From: Magnetococcales bacterium
GTDB taxonomy: Bacteria; Pseudomonadota; Magnetococcia; Magnetococcales; JADFYX01
Direction of reading: 5' to 3'
Assembly: GCA_015232405.1 (NCBI GenBank)
Contig: JADFZS010000012.1
Coordinates: 276-64,275 of the forward strand
Length of the DNA: 64,000 bases
The notes under the pieces are model-generated. The model made no database searches and was not told where the DNA came from. It saw only the letters and a list, made by a program, of their open reading frames with translations. Each line of letters begins with the position of its first letter. The stretch's first letter is position 1. The position numbers were made by a program, and so were the translations under genes. Of this stretch, positions 10,231 to 19,454 are shown one piece after another.

Positions 10231-10266
10231 ATATGAATACAAATAATTGTATTCGTATATTTTTTT
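10231..10266 (+). terminator. rho-independent terminator candidate
   Basis: GAATACAA-ataa-TTGTATTC hairpin with extendable AT pairs, followed by a T6 run. Confidence 0.55.
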
Positions 10267-10404
10267 CACAATCAAAAATATCTTCTTGCCTGACTGTTAT
10301 AATGCTGATAATGTTCGCACCTTAATCTTGAGTTAATTTTACAGAACTGCCCTGCACAACTGTTACTATATTTGTCAGGACTAACAGTGGAATTCAAAAA
10401 GTTT

Positions 10405-10935
10405 ATGAAAAAACAACTGATAATACTTCGTCATGCAAAATCGGCATGGGATACTGATGCCACCACCGATTTTGAACGTCCACTTGCTAAACGAGGTAAG
10501 GGTGATGCACCCAGAATGGGACGATGGATGCTGGAGCACGGCTTGCTTCCAGACCACGTTGTCAGTTCTCCAGCTCTTAGAGCCAAGCAAACAGCTGTAA
10601 AAGCCTGCAAGGCCATGGATATTGGCAAGGGCAAGATCAATTGGGACCCCCGTGTTTATGGTGCCGGAACCGAAGATCTCCTGGAGGTTTTGGCAGAGGT
10701 TCCCAGCAAAGCATACAGAGTTATGATAGTTGGTCACAATCCGGGAATGGAGTTTCTATTCAACTATCTGGCAAAAAAAGACGGTAAAGATCAGCTGGAA
10801 GATAGCCCTATTAAAACCGCAACCGCTGTTGTATTGGATATACCAACAAGCTGGAAAAACCTACAGGCTGACTGTGCCAAAATAGTTAAAATCCAATATC
10901 CCAGAGAGTTAGCAGCACAAGAAAATTCTGAATGA
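10405..10935 (+). CDS. sixA: phosphohistidine phosphatase SixA-like (histidine phosphatase superfamily)
   Basis: LIILRHAKSAWD...RPLAKRGKGDA...VVSSPALRAKQTA...VGHNPG. I prefer the ATG at 10405 (MKKQLIIL) to the track start at 10372. Confidence 0.78.
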   Translation: MKKQLIILRHAKSAWDTDATTDFERPLAKRGKGDAPRMGRWMLEHGLLPDHVVSSPALRAKQTAVKACKAMDIGKGKINWDPRVYGAGTEDLLEVLAEVPSKAYRVMIVGHNPGMEFLFNYLAKKDGKDQLEDSPIKTATAVVLDIPTSWKNLQADCAKIVKIQYPRELAAQENSE

Positions 10936-10938
10936 TAA

Positions 10939-12300
10939 ATGGAAGATATTTTTAGTTATTTAAAAGATAATCAGTCCGGTTCCCTTAAAGATTTAGTTGA
11001 TTATCTTGAAATTCCTTCCATTTCTAGCGATCCCAACCATAAACAAGAGATGGTGAACTGTGCTGAATTTACGGCTCATCTTCTCAAAAATGCTGGTCTT
11101 GATGAAGTAACTGTACATCAAACCAAAGGACACCCAATTGTTACTGGTTCTTGGCGTAAAGCTCAAAACAAGCCAACCGTTCTGATTTATGGTCACTATG
11201 ATGTTCAGCCAGTTGATCCCATTCCTCTTTGGACCAACCCACCTTTTTCACCGCATATAGAAAACCAACGAATTTATGCCAGAGGCTCTGCGGATGATAA
11301 AGGGCAGATCCTTATGCACATTCAAGCCATAAAGGCGATTTTGGCAGTCAAAGGCGAACTTCCGATTAATGTCTGTTTTGTTATTGAAGGCGAAGAGGAG
11401 TTTGGTAGTGCCAACCTACCTCAGTTTTTGGTTGATCATGGCAACGAACTAAAAGCTGATGTGGCCTTGGTTTCTGATTCATCCATGTGGGAAGAGGGAT
11501 TTCCTGCCATCACAACATCTCTACGTGGTCTTCTATTTCTTGAAATGACACTTACTGGCCCTAATAGAGACCTCCACTCTGGTACCTTTGGTGGTGCGGT
11601 TGCAAACCCTTTAGAGATACTCTCAAGAGCTTTGGCCCAGGTTAAGGACCAAGATGGGCGTATTTTGATACCTGGCTTTTATGACTCTGTAAAACCAATT
11701 CCAGATTCCATAAGAGAACAGCATAAAACCCTACCATTTGATAAAAATAGCTATTTTACCAATATAGGCGTAGATGAGGGTTGGGGTGAGAATGGATATT
11801 CAACTTTAGAACAGCTGTGGTTACGTCCAACCTTTGAGATAAATGGTATATGGGGTGGTTTTATTAATCCAGGTGCAAAGACAGTATTGCCATCTCAAGC
11901 ACATGCCAAGCTATCTCTTCGTTTGGTAGATGGACAAGATCCTGATAATATTGAAAAACTAGTTACAGGTTTTTTTAAGGCTACTCTACCAAAAAGTGTG
12001 AAACTTACAATGAGCCGAGTAACAGGTGGCGGCAGAGGAGTTTCGGTTCCCAATGATTTTCCTCCATTGATAGCAGCAAAAAAAGCCTTGATGGAGACCT
12101 TTAACCAGGAACCTCTATTAGTTGGTGAAGGCGCTTCAATTCCCGTTGTAGCAGACTTTAAATCAACATTGGACCTTACCACCCTATTAATAGGCTTTGC
12201 CCTACCCGATGCCTGCCCCCACTCCCCCAATGAAAACATGCACATACCTACTTTCCACAAAGGTACAGAGAGCTTGGTTCGCTTACTTTATTATCTGTAA
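10939..12300 (+). CDS. M20 family dipeptidase/metallopeptidase
   Basis: 453 aa with YGHYDVQP, RGSADDKGQ and EGEEEFGS metal-ligand motifs. Confidence 0.85.
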   Translation: MEDIFSYLKDNQSGSLKDLVDYLEIPSISSDPNHKQEMVNCAEFTAHLLKNAGLDEVTVHQTKGHPIVTGSWRKAQNKPTVLIYGHYDVQPVDPIPLWTNPPFSPHIENQRIYARGSADDKGQILMHIQAIKAILAVKGELPINVCFVIEGEEEFGSANLPQFLVDHGNELKADVALVSDSSMWEEGFPAITTSLRGLLFLEMTLTGPNRDLHSGTFGGAVANPLEILSRALAQVKDQDGRILIPGFYDSVKPIPDSIREQHKTLPFDKNSYFTNIGVDEGWGENGYSTLEQLWLRPTFEINGIWGGFINPGAKTVLPSQAHAKLSLRLVDGQDPDNIEKLVTGFFKATLPKSVKLTMSRVTGGGRGVSVPNDFPPLIAAKKALMETFNQEPLLVGEGASIPVVADFKSTLDLTTLLIGFALPDACPHSPNENMHIPTFHKGTESLVRLLYYL

Positions 12301-12370
12301 AAAACCATTAGAAAAAACTTCTAGAAGGTCTTAACTCGCTGAAAAAACAGATTTCCTCTACCTAAAAAAC

Positions 12371-12400
12371 AATTTTGTTGAAATTTAATTCAACAAAATT
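12371..12400. repeat. 12-bp perfect inverted repeat (AT-rich hairpin; terminator or operator)
   Basis: AATTTTGTTGAA-atttaa-TTCAACAAAATT, between the M20 gene and the stand-alone cNMP-binding gene. Confidence 0.4.
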
Positions 12401-12539
12401 TCTTGAATGATGAATGATTTTAAAATTGCAAACTACATTACAATAATCTATAATAAATGAACAGTTGTTTATATTATGTGTTTATGGATAACAAGCTGAC
12501 AAATTTCTCTTAAAGATCAATTAACTAAGGAGAGCAAAA

Positions 12540-12992
12540 ATGACTCTCATACAAGAGGAAATCACCTTAGAAAATCTAGTCAGTTTCCTGGCAACAATTC
12601 CTGGATTCAAGGATCTCTCTGCTGAAGAGATGATAGAGTTTGTTGCACCAATTATCAGTATCACAACCTATGAGCCAGGACAAACTATGATTAAACGCGG
12701 TACTGAAGGCAGTACAGTACTGTTTTTATTTAAAGGTAGGGCAAGGGTAAATGTTCAGCTGGATCCTGATGATAATATAAATTTTTTTATCAATGAAGGT
12801 GAGATACTTGGTGAGATGGCTCTCGTAACCAAGGAAAAACGCAGCGCAGACGTTTTTGCTGTTACTGCTGTTATCTGTTTAACCATTGATATTGAAACGT
12901 TTCAGACCCTTATGGCTAGCAATTGGAAAGTTACCAAAGCTGTTGCTGGTTTAATAGGCGAGAGAAGAATAAAACGGCTTGCCTCAAGATAA
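12540..12992 (+). CDS. stand-alone cyclic nucleotide-binding domain protein
   Basis: 150 aa with ...GQTMIKRGTEGSTVLFLFKGRARV...EGEILGEMALVTKEKRSADVFAVT, the FGE-type PBC motif. A strong SD (AAGGAGAG) lies upstream. Confidence 0.8.
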   Translation: MTLIQEEITLENLVSFLATIPGFKDLSAEEMIEFVAPIISITTYEPGQTMIKRGTEGSTVLFLFKGRARVNVQLDPDDNINFFINEGEILGEMALVTKEKRSADVFAVTAVICLTIDIETFQTLMASNWKVTKAVAGLIGERRIKRLASR

Positions 12993-13079
12993 ATAATAAA
13001 ATAGTGACTGAGAAAACTTCAAACCATTAATATCTACGCTACCAATTGGTTTTTTTAATAAAAGATAAATGGCAGATCC

Positions 13080-13436
13080 ATGGCAAAACCCAGTAACAAA
13101 TCCTTGAAAATTGATAATATTGGGTTTGAACAGCTTGATATTGATACCCTGATCCTCTACAAACAAAAAGTAGAAATCATCATTAGACATAAACAAAACA
13201 AACAAAAACAAGAACTAAAAAAAAGATTACAGACTAAAGCGGCAAAATTGGGTATCGATTTAAAGCAGTATTTTACTGAATCTTCTCTGGCGTTAAAAAA
13301 ACCTCAATCTACTGTAAGAAAGAAATACATTTATAAAGGTATAAAATGGTCTGGACGTGGTAGATGCCCAAAAGTTTTCCAGCAATATTTTATTTCTGGT
13401 GGCAACAAAGCCGACCTACTAATTGAAAAGCAATAA
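13080..13436 (+). CDS. H-NS family nucleoid-associated DNA-binding protein
   Basis: 118 aa. The N-terminus is coiled-coil-like. The C-terminal RKKYIYKGIKWSGRGRCPKVFQQYF...ADLLIEKQ matches the H-NS (T/S)W(T/S)G(Q/R)GR-P DNA-binding loop. Confidence 0.82.
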   Translation: MAKPSNKSLKIDNIGFEQLDIDTLILYKQKVEIIIRHKQNKQKQELKKRLQTKAAKLGIDLKQYFTESSLALKKPQSTVRKKYIYKGIKWSGRGRCPKVFQQYFISGGNKADLLIEKQ

Positions 13437-13518
13437 TAACATATTGTTTTGCTTTGAAAATTTTCTAATTATTGATAATCCGATATAATCAAAAACAAAA
13501 AAAAATAATTATTCACTT

Positions 13519-13576
13519 GCATACATACCGGTTGGTATGTTTTCTTATATCACAACATACCAACCGGTATGTATGC
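13519..13576. promoter_or_regulatory. perfect 22-bp inverted repeat with a 14-nt spacer; candidate TetR operator
   Basis: GCATACATACCGGTTGGTATGT (13519-13540) and its exact reverse complement ACATACCAACCGGTATGTATGC (13555-13576), ending 40 nt upstream of the TetR start codon. Confidence 0.55.
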
Positions 13577-13616
13577 CATTAGATGAAACTTAATTTGTTA
13601 TCTATCAGGTGAACAC

Positions 13617-14219
13617 ATGAACGCTAAACGTACTCCCGATGAAACTCGAGACTCTCTTTTAGAAGCGGCTTTTGATGAGATGTTTGTCAACGGCTTCCAA
13701 GCAGCTAGTATTTCAAATATTCTGGCTAAAACTCACCTCACAAAAGGTGCGCTATATCATCATTTTAAAAACAAAAAAGCCTTAGGATACGCTGTTGTTG
13801 ATGAGTGGATACCACAAAATATCGACAACGCTTTTTTTCGTCCAGTTAGGGATGAAGGTGATTTTTTCAAGGGTTATGAGAGGGCATTCAATGAGTGTCC
13901 ATTAGATAAAAGAGAGATGCTGGTAAAATATGGCAGCCCTGTCTTTAAGTTAGCACAAGAAATGTCCCATCTAGATGACGGTTTTAAAGTACGTTTAGAA
14001 AAAATCATGAAATGGTGGCGAGATGGTATTGCTGAAACCATTAGGACAGCCCAGAGCAAAGGACAGATAAAAGCAGACGTGAATGCAGAAGAACAAGCTT
14101 TTGTTTTGCAAGCATTTTTACTAGGTGGAGTCAGTCTAACCATGGTGGCTCAATCACCTGAAATGTTGATGGGAGCAACAAAACTATTTCTTGAATATAT
14201 CGAAACTTTAAGGGCATAA
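13617..14219 (+). CDS. TetR/AcrR family transcriptional regulator
   Basis: 200 aa with an N-terminal HTH: RDSLLEAAFDEMFVNGFQAASISNILAKTHLTKGALYHHFKNKKAL. Confidence 0.9.
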   Translation: MNAKRTPDETRDSLLEAAFDEMFVNGFQAASISNILAKTHLTKGALYHHFKNKKALGYAVVDEWIPQNIDNAFFRPVRDEGDFFKGYERAFNECPLDKREMLVKYGSPVFKLAQEMSHLDDGFKVRLEKIMKWWRDGIAETIRTAQSKGQIKADVNAEEQAFVLQAFLLGGVSLTMVAQSPEMLMGATKLFLEYIETLRA

Positions 14220-14281
14220 GGCAGCCATTTGTTGGTTATGTCAGATCCTTTAAAAATACAATTAGCTAGGAGTTTAACAAA

Positions 14282-16573
14282 ATGAGAGAAAATTTCTTCC
14301 TTAACATCATGCGTTGGCGATGGCTGGTGTTAATACTGTTTATTGCTTTGGTAGGAGGTATTGCCAGTGGAGCAAAACTCCTGCGATTTGAGACCAGTTA
14401 CCAGATATTTTTCTCTGATGACAATCCTCAACTACTAGCCTTTGAACATCTGCAAGATACCTACACAAAAAATGATAACGTTCTATTTGTGTTGGCCCCT
14501 AAGGATGGCAAGATTTTTACTAAAACAATGTTAAAAGTAGTAAAAGATCTCACCAAAGCATCTTGGCAGATCCCCTACTCCATACGGGTTGATTCCATAA
14601 CCAATTTTCAGCATACCGAAGCAGATGGAGATGACCTGCTGGTACAAGACCTTGTGGAGAAAGTTGATAGTTTAACTGATTCTGACTTGGAGCGGATAAA
14701 ATCTATCGCTCTTAATGAGCCACTGTTACTCAACCGAATGATTCCACCAACAGCAGATGTAACTGGGGTAAATGTAACTATTCAGCTACCAGCAAAAGAT
14801 CCTGTTTCGGAAGTTCCAGAAGTTGCAGCTTATGTCGAAAAAATGGCTGCCGACCTCCGCCTTGCTCACCCAGATGTTGATGTCTATTTAACTGGCGTGA
14901 CCATGATGAACAACGCTTTTCCAACTGCGGCCCAAAAAGATATGGCCACATTGGTTCCTACTATGTTTCTAGTGGTCATCATCACCCTGGGGATTATGTT
15001 CCGCTCATTTTCTGCTACCTTTGCTACCGTTGTGATAATCATGATGACTGTGGCCACGACCATGGGGCTTACAGGCTGGCTGGGAATACCACTCACGGGA
15101 CCATCATCATCAGCTCCAACCATTATTTTAACAATGGCAGTTGCTGACTGTGTACATATTATCATCTCCTTTCTCTATCTACTTCGCCAAAATGGGGGTA
15201 CTGATAAACGAGCTGCAATAATGGAGAGCCTACGTATTAACCTGCACCCGGTATTTTTGACAACAGTAACAACAGCAATCGGCTTTTTGAGTATGAACTT
15301 TGGTGAAGTTCCCCCATTTAGAGATTTAGGTAACATGGTTGCAATGGGTGTTGGAACTGCTTTTATTCTCTCAATAACTGTACTACCTGCCCTGCTTATT
15401 ATACTACCGATAAAGGTAAAACAAGATACATCCCGTACCGGCAAGATGATGGATAAATTTGGTGAGTTTGTAGTACAAAAACGCAATATGCTTGCTTTTA
15501 GTATGGTTGGCATTGTTGCCATACTTGCAGCGTTTATCCCGAACAATGAACTAAACGATGAATTTGTTAAATATTTTAGCCGTGATATTCCTTTCCGTGT
15601 AGCTTCTGATTTTTCCAATGATAGACTCACAGGTATCTACAACATTGACTATTCGTTGGACTCAGGTGAAGAAAATGGTGTTTCATCCCCTGAATTTTTA
15701 CAACATGTGGAAGATTTCGCCAACTGGTATCGCAAACAGCCAGAAGTGGTACATGTAAATTCAATAACTGATATTTTCAAACGTCTCAATCGCACCATGC
15801 ATGGAGATGATCCTGCTTGGTATCAACTACCCCAAGCAAGGGATCTTGCTGCTCAGTATCTACTTTTATATGAGATGTCACTACCCTATGGGTTGGATCT
15901 TAACAATCAGATCAATCTTGACAAGTCGGCTACCAGATTTGTGGTTACCATGAAAAATATATCTACTAATCAGGTATTGGATATTGCTGATCGGGCCAGA
16001 AACTGGCAACAGGCAAACCTTCCACCCTCTATGCAAGTTGAAGGTTCAAGTCCAACTGTGATGTTTGCCCATATTGGCTATCGTAATATTCGCAGCATGT
16101 TGTTTGGTATGTCAGCTGCTTTGGTATTGATATCAATGATAATGATGATATCTCTACGGTCAGTAAAGATCGGCCTTATTAGCCTGATACCTAACCTTGT
16201 TCCCATGATAATGGCCTTTGGCTTGTGGGGTATGCTTGTGGGTGAGGTTGGATTGGCCCTCTCAATTGTGACAGGTATGACTCTTGGTATTGTTGTTGAC
16301 GATTCGGTCCACTTTTTAAGTAAATATCTACGTGCACGTCGTGAACGCGGAGCATCATCCCAAGATGCCGTACGCTATGCATTTTCAACTGTAGGTACAG
16401 CCCTCTGGGTTACATCTGCGGTGTTGGTCTGTGGCTTCTTTGTCCTGACATTTTCTGACTTTAAACTTAATTCTGGCATGGGGTTGTTGACTGCTATAAC
16501 CATATCCTTTGCTCTTATTGCTGACTTTCTACTTTTACCACCCCTGCTGATGAAATTGGAGAAAAACTCATGA
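14282..16573 (+). CDS. RND superfamily exporter, MMPL/COG1033 type
   Basis: 763 aa with two 6-TM bundles, each preceded by a large periplasmic loop, and duplicated motifs (AVADCVHII / IVVDDSVHFL). Confidence 0.85.
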   Translation: MRENFFLNIMRWRWLVLILFIALVGGIASGAKLLRFETSYQIFFSDDNPQLLAFEHLQDTYTKNDNVLFVLAPKDGKIFTKTMLKVVKDLTKASWQIPYSIRVDSITNFQHTEADGDDLLVQDLVEKVDSLTDSDLERIKSIALNEPLLLNRMIPPTADVTGVNVTIQLPAKDPVSEVPEVAAYVEKMAADLRLAHPDVDVYLTGVTMMNNAFPTAAQKDMATLVPTMFLVVIITLGIMFRSFSATFATVVIIMMTVATTMGLTGWLGIPLTGPSSSAPTIILTMAVADCVHIIISFLYLLRQNGGTDKRAAIMESLRINLHPVFLTTVTTAIGFLSMNFGEVPPFRDLGNMVAMGVGTAFILSITVLPALLIILPIKVKQDTSRTGKMMDKFGEFVVQKRNMLAFSMVGIVAILAAFIPNNELNDEFVKYFSRDIPFRVASDFSNDRLTGIYNIDYSLDSGEENGVSSPEFLQHVEDFANWYRKQPEVVHVNSITDIFKRLNRTMHGDDPAWYQLPQARDLAAQYLLLYEMSLPYGLDLNNQINLDKSATRFVVTMKNISTNQVLDIADRARNWQQANLPPSMQVEGSSPTVMFAHIGYRNIRSMLFGMSAALVLISMIMMISLRSVKIGLISLIPNLVPMIMAFGLWGMLVGEVGLALSIVTGMTLGIVVDDSVHFLSKYLRARRERGASSQDAVRYAFSTVGTALWVTSAVLVCGFFVLTFSDFKLNSGMGLLTAITISFALIADFLLLPPLLMKLEKNS

Positions 16574-17361
16574 AACCATATAAGCAAACAATAATTTTAG
16601 CTTTATCATTAATGCTTTTACCACTATCCGGTTTTGCCCAAACCCCAGCAGAAAAGGGTTTGGCAATTGCCAAGGAGATTGACAAACGTGATGAGGGTTT
16701 TGGTGATTCAACAGCAGAGTTGACCATGACACTTAAAAACAAAGCTGGCAGAGAGAGCTACCGCTATATTCGTTTTAAAACCCTTGAGGTTAAAGGAGAT
16801 GGTGATAAGAGCCTCTCAATATTTGACAAACCTAGAGATATCAAAGGTACGGCAATGTTAACCTTCTCTCACCCTATTGCACAGGATGACCAGTGGATGT
16901 TTTTACCTGCTTTAAAACGGGTAAAACGTATCTCCTCCCGCAACAAATCTGGACCTTTCATGGGTAGTGAGTTTGCTTTTGAAGATTTAGGCTCCCAAGA
17001 GGTAGCAAAATATCACTACAAATGGATGCTTGATGAAAAATACAACGGTCTAGATTGCTTTGTGTTGGAACGTCGCCCAGCTTATGAATATTCTGGCTAT
17101 ACCAGACAGGTTGTTTGGGTTGATAAAGAGGAGTACCGCATCCAACAAGTGGAATATTATGATCGTAAAAATAGTCTACTTAAAACCCAAACATTCGGTA
17201 ACTATAAACAGTATCTAGACAAATACTGGCGACCAGGGCATATGGATATGATCAACCATCAAACAGGAAAAAGCACAAAATTGCTCTGGAACAATTATAA
17301 ATTCCGTGTTGGTCTCAAAGAGTCTAACTTCAACCGCAACTCATTAAAAAGAGCAAGATGA
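16570..17361 (+). CDS. LolA-like outer-membrane lipoprotein-sorting protein
   Basis: 263 aa with a signal peptide. Its start overlaps the RND gene stop (ATGA). It contains the pattern ...QWMFLPALKRVKRISSRNKSGPFMGSEFAFEDL... Confidence 0.75.
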   Translation: MKPYKQTIILALSLMLLPLSGFAQTPAEKGLAIAKEIDKRDEGFGDSTAELTMTLKNKAGRESYRYIRFKTLEVKGDGDKSLSIFDKPRDIKGTAMLTFSHPIAQDDQWMFLPALKRVKRISSRNKSGPFMGSEFAFEDLGSQEVAKYHYKWMLDEKYNGLDCFVLERRPAYEYSGYTRQVVWVDKEEYRIQQVEYYDRKNSLLKTQTFGNYKQYLDKYWRPGHMDMINHQTGKSTKLLWNNYKFRVGLKESNFNRNSLKRAR

Positions 17362-18563
17362 ACATTAAATACATTTTACTTTTTGCAGCCATCGCTTTTG
17401 CTATAAGTAAACCGGGGAACCTGATAGCTTCTACTGGTGAGTTTACCGGCTATATAGCAACTGAAATGAGGTTGTTTCCTGAATCCCCAGCCTCTTCACA
17501 ACAGGGTGACGGCCAGGTATCACTTAGCATTCAACCGGAATATTTTAAAGATTGGGATGAGGGAAAGCAGAGCTTTACTTTTGTTCCATATATCAGGTTG
17601 GATAGTATGGACTCTCAACGAACCCATTGGGATATTAGGGAATTAACCTGGGTGAAAGTTGGTGAAAACTGGGAAGTTAGAGCAGGGTTGAGAAAACTGT
17701 TTTGGGGGGTTGCTGAGTCACAACACTTGGTGGATGTGATCAACCAGACAGATTTAGTTGATAGCTTGGACGGTGAGGAAAAGCTGGGACAACCCATGGT
17801 AAATGTCTCATTTATGGGTGATAACGGTACTCTTGACCTCTTCTTACTCCCCTACTTTAGAGAGAGAACTTTTCCAGGGGAAAAAGCTAGACTACGAACC
17901 GGATTATATATAGATACCGACCAAGCCCAGTATGAATCTGGAGCCGAAAAAGAGCATATAGATTGGGCGGTGCGCTGGTTTCAATCGTTGGGAGATTGGG
18001 ATGTAGGTCTTTCTCACTTTTCTGGTACAAGTCGTAGCCCCACCTTTAACATGGGGACTGACAGTGATGGAAACTCAGTACTTGTACCTTATTATGCTTT
18101 AATGGAACAGACCGGGATTGATCTACAAGCGACAAAGGGGGCTTGGTTGTGGAAGCTCGAAGCAATTACCCAACGTAGTCAGGGTGATCGCCACCAAGCC
18201 TTAACAGGTGGTTTTGAATACACATTTGTGGGAGTATTTGATTCAGCTGCAGACATGGGTTTAATATCAGAATATCTCTATGATGATCGTGGGGAATCTG
18301 CACCAACCCCTATGGAGAGTGATTTGATGGTTGGTATGCGGTTAGCCCTTAATGATGAAGCAAGTACAGATTTTCTTGTGGGAGCAAGCATTGATGTTAA
18401 CCAACAAAATTTTAATGTTAGTTTAGAAGGCTCTAGACGGATAAAAGAAGATTGGAAGCTCTCCATTGAAGGTCGAATTTTTATCGACCCTCCCAAAGAG
18501 GACCCTATATATTCCATGCGTCGTGATAGTTTTGTACAACTTGAATTAGCACGATATTTCTAG
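17358..18563 (+). CDS. putative outer-membrane beta-barrel protein (function unknown)
   Basis: 401 aa with an ATGA overlap with the upstream gene, a signal peptide, alternating-hydrophobic strands, and a C-terminal ...LELARYF typical of an OMP terminal aromatic residue. Confidence 0.6.
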   Translation: MNIKYILLFAAIAFAISKPGNLIASTGEFTGYIATEMRLFPESPASSQQGDGQVSLSIQPEYFKDWDEGKQSFTFVPYIRLDSMDSQRTHWDIRELTWVKVGENWEVRAGLRKLFWGVAESQHLVDVINQTDLVDSLDGEEKLGQPMVNVSFMGDNGTLDLFLLPYFRERTFPGEKARLRTGLYIDTDQAQYESGAEKEHIDWAVRWFQSLGDWDVGLSHFSGTSRSPTFNMGTDSDGNSVLVPYYALMEQTGIDLQATKGAWLWKLEAITQRSQGDRHQALTGGFEYTFVGVFDSAADMGLISEYLYDDRGESAPTPMESDLMVGMRLALNDEASTDFLVGASIDVNQQNFNVSLEGSRRIKEDWKLSIEGRIFIDPPKEDPIYSMRRDSFVQLELARYF

Positions 18564-18618
18564 TTAACTAACTTTAAAGACAACAGAGAAAATTTAGTAA
18601 AACAGCCATGAGTTTTTT

Positions 18619-18679
18619 AGCAGAACAAACCACTGAATGATATATCACTTCACATATTATCCTGGGGGTTTGTTCTGCT
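18619..18679 (+). terminator. long-loop hairpin downstream of the RND operon
   Basis: AGCAGAACAAACC ... GGTTTGTTCTGCT: 13-bp perfect stem with a 35-nt loop. The T7 run starts about 10 nt downstream, so this is not a canonical terminator. Confidence 0.35.
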
Positions 18680-18733
18680 CCAAAAGCTGTTTTTTTAAAT
18701 TTCTCGCCAATTCTATTTTTTTTAGGAAGAGTT

Positions 18734-19453
18734 GTGAAAATAATTATCCGTATTGCTCTGTTATTAATTCTATCTGGATGTAGTACAAAACATCTAGATG
18801 GGGCATGGACACAAACCAAAAAAGCATCCTATAACGCCGTAACTGACACCATGACCTGGGCTCCAGCAATTGCAGCTGTACCCCTATATTTGACAAAAGC
18901 TGATGATGAGATTACCGACTATTTTATGGATAACAACTATATTAACGAAGGTAGTCACGAAACCTATACCCATATCAGTGAAGCTATAACTCTATCCACA
19001 GCTTTACTAGTACCAGATGATAAACTAGAGACAAAAGCCAAAAGGTTTGCTGTTGAAACAGGTGCTTATGCCGTAGCTAGACAGAGTACGGATTTGTTGA
19101 GTAAAAATATTCATAAAGAATCTCCCAACGGTAAACATAATGGCTCCATTGGCTCACACCATGCCATTAGCCCTTTTGCCGGGGTAGCAATGACTAGAAG
19201 GAATGTTGAACAGATGAATATTCCTGAATGGGGGAAAAATAGTATTGTCGGTACGAACTACCTTTTTGCATCATCCTATGCCCTAATGAGAGTACAACAG
19301 GGTGGTCACTCTTTTGCAGATCAGCTTATCAGCATGTCAGTTGGAAATTTCATAGGACTTTTTGTTCACGATCTTTTTATGATGGAAGATAAAGAAATCG
19401 CTGTCGGAGTATCACAAAACAGTGCTTATATGAGTGTCGGAGTAAAGTTCTAA
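18734..19453 (+). CDS. lipoprotein with partial class-A acid phosphatase (PAP2) motifs
   Basis: 239 aa with a GTG start and lipobox LLILSGC. GSHH and R-x5-H-x3-D (MRVQQGGHSFAD) resemble PAP2 motifs C2 and C3. Motif C1 is poor. Confidence 0.5.
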   Translation: MKIIIRIALLLILSGCSTKHLDGAWTQTKKASYNAVTDTMTWAPAIAAVPLYLTKADDEITDYFMDNNYINEGSHETYTHISEAITLSTALLVPDDKLETKAKRFAVETGAYAVARQSTDLLSKNIHKESPNGKHNGSIGSHHAISPFAGVAMTRRNVEQMNIPEWGKNSIVGTNYLFASSYALMRVQQGGHSFADQLISMSVGNFIGLFVHDLFMMEDKEIAVGVSQNSAYMSVGVKF

Positions 19454-19454
19454 C

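Noticed and set aside
12984-13211. A 75-aa minus-strand ORF overlapping the H-NS-like gene start.
   Set aside because: It is a shadow of an AT-rich region. The plus-strand ORF has a clear H-NS C-terminal signature.
18574-18819. An 81-aa minus-strand ORF spanning the intergenic hairpin and the lipoprotein start.
   Set aside because: It overlaps a hairpin and the signal-peptide region of a better-supported gene, and has no motifs.
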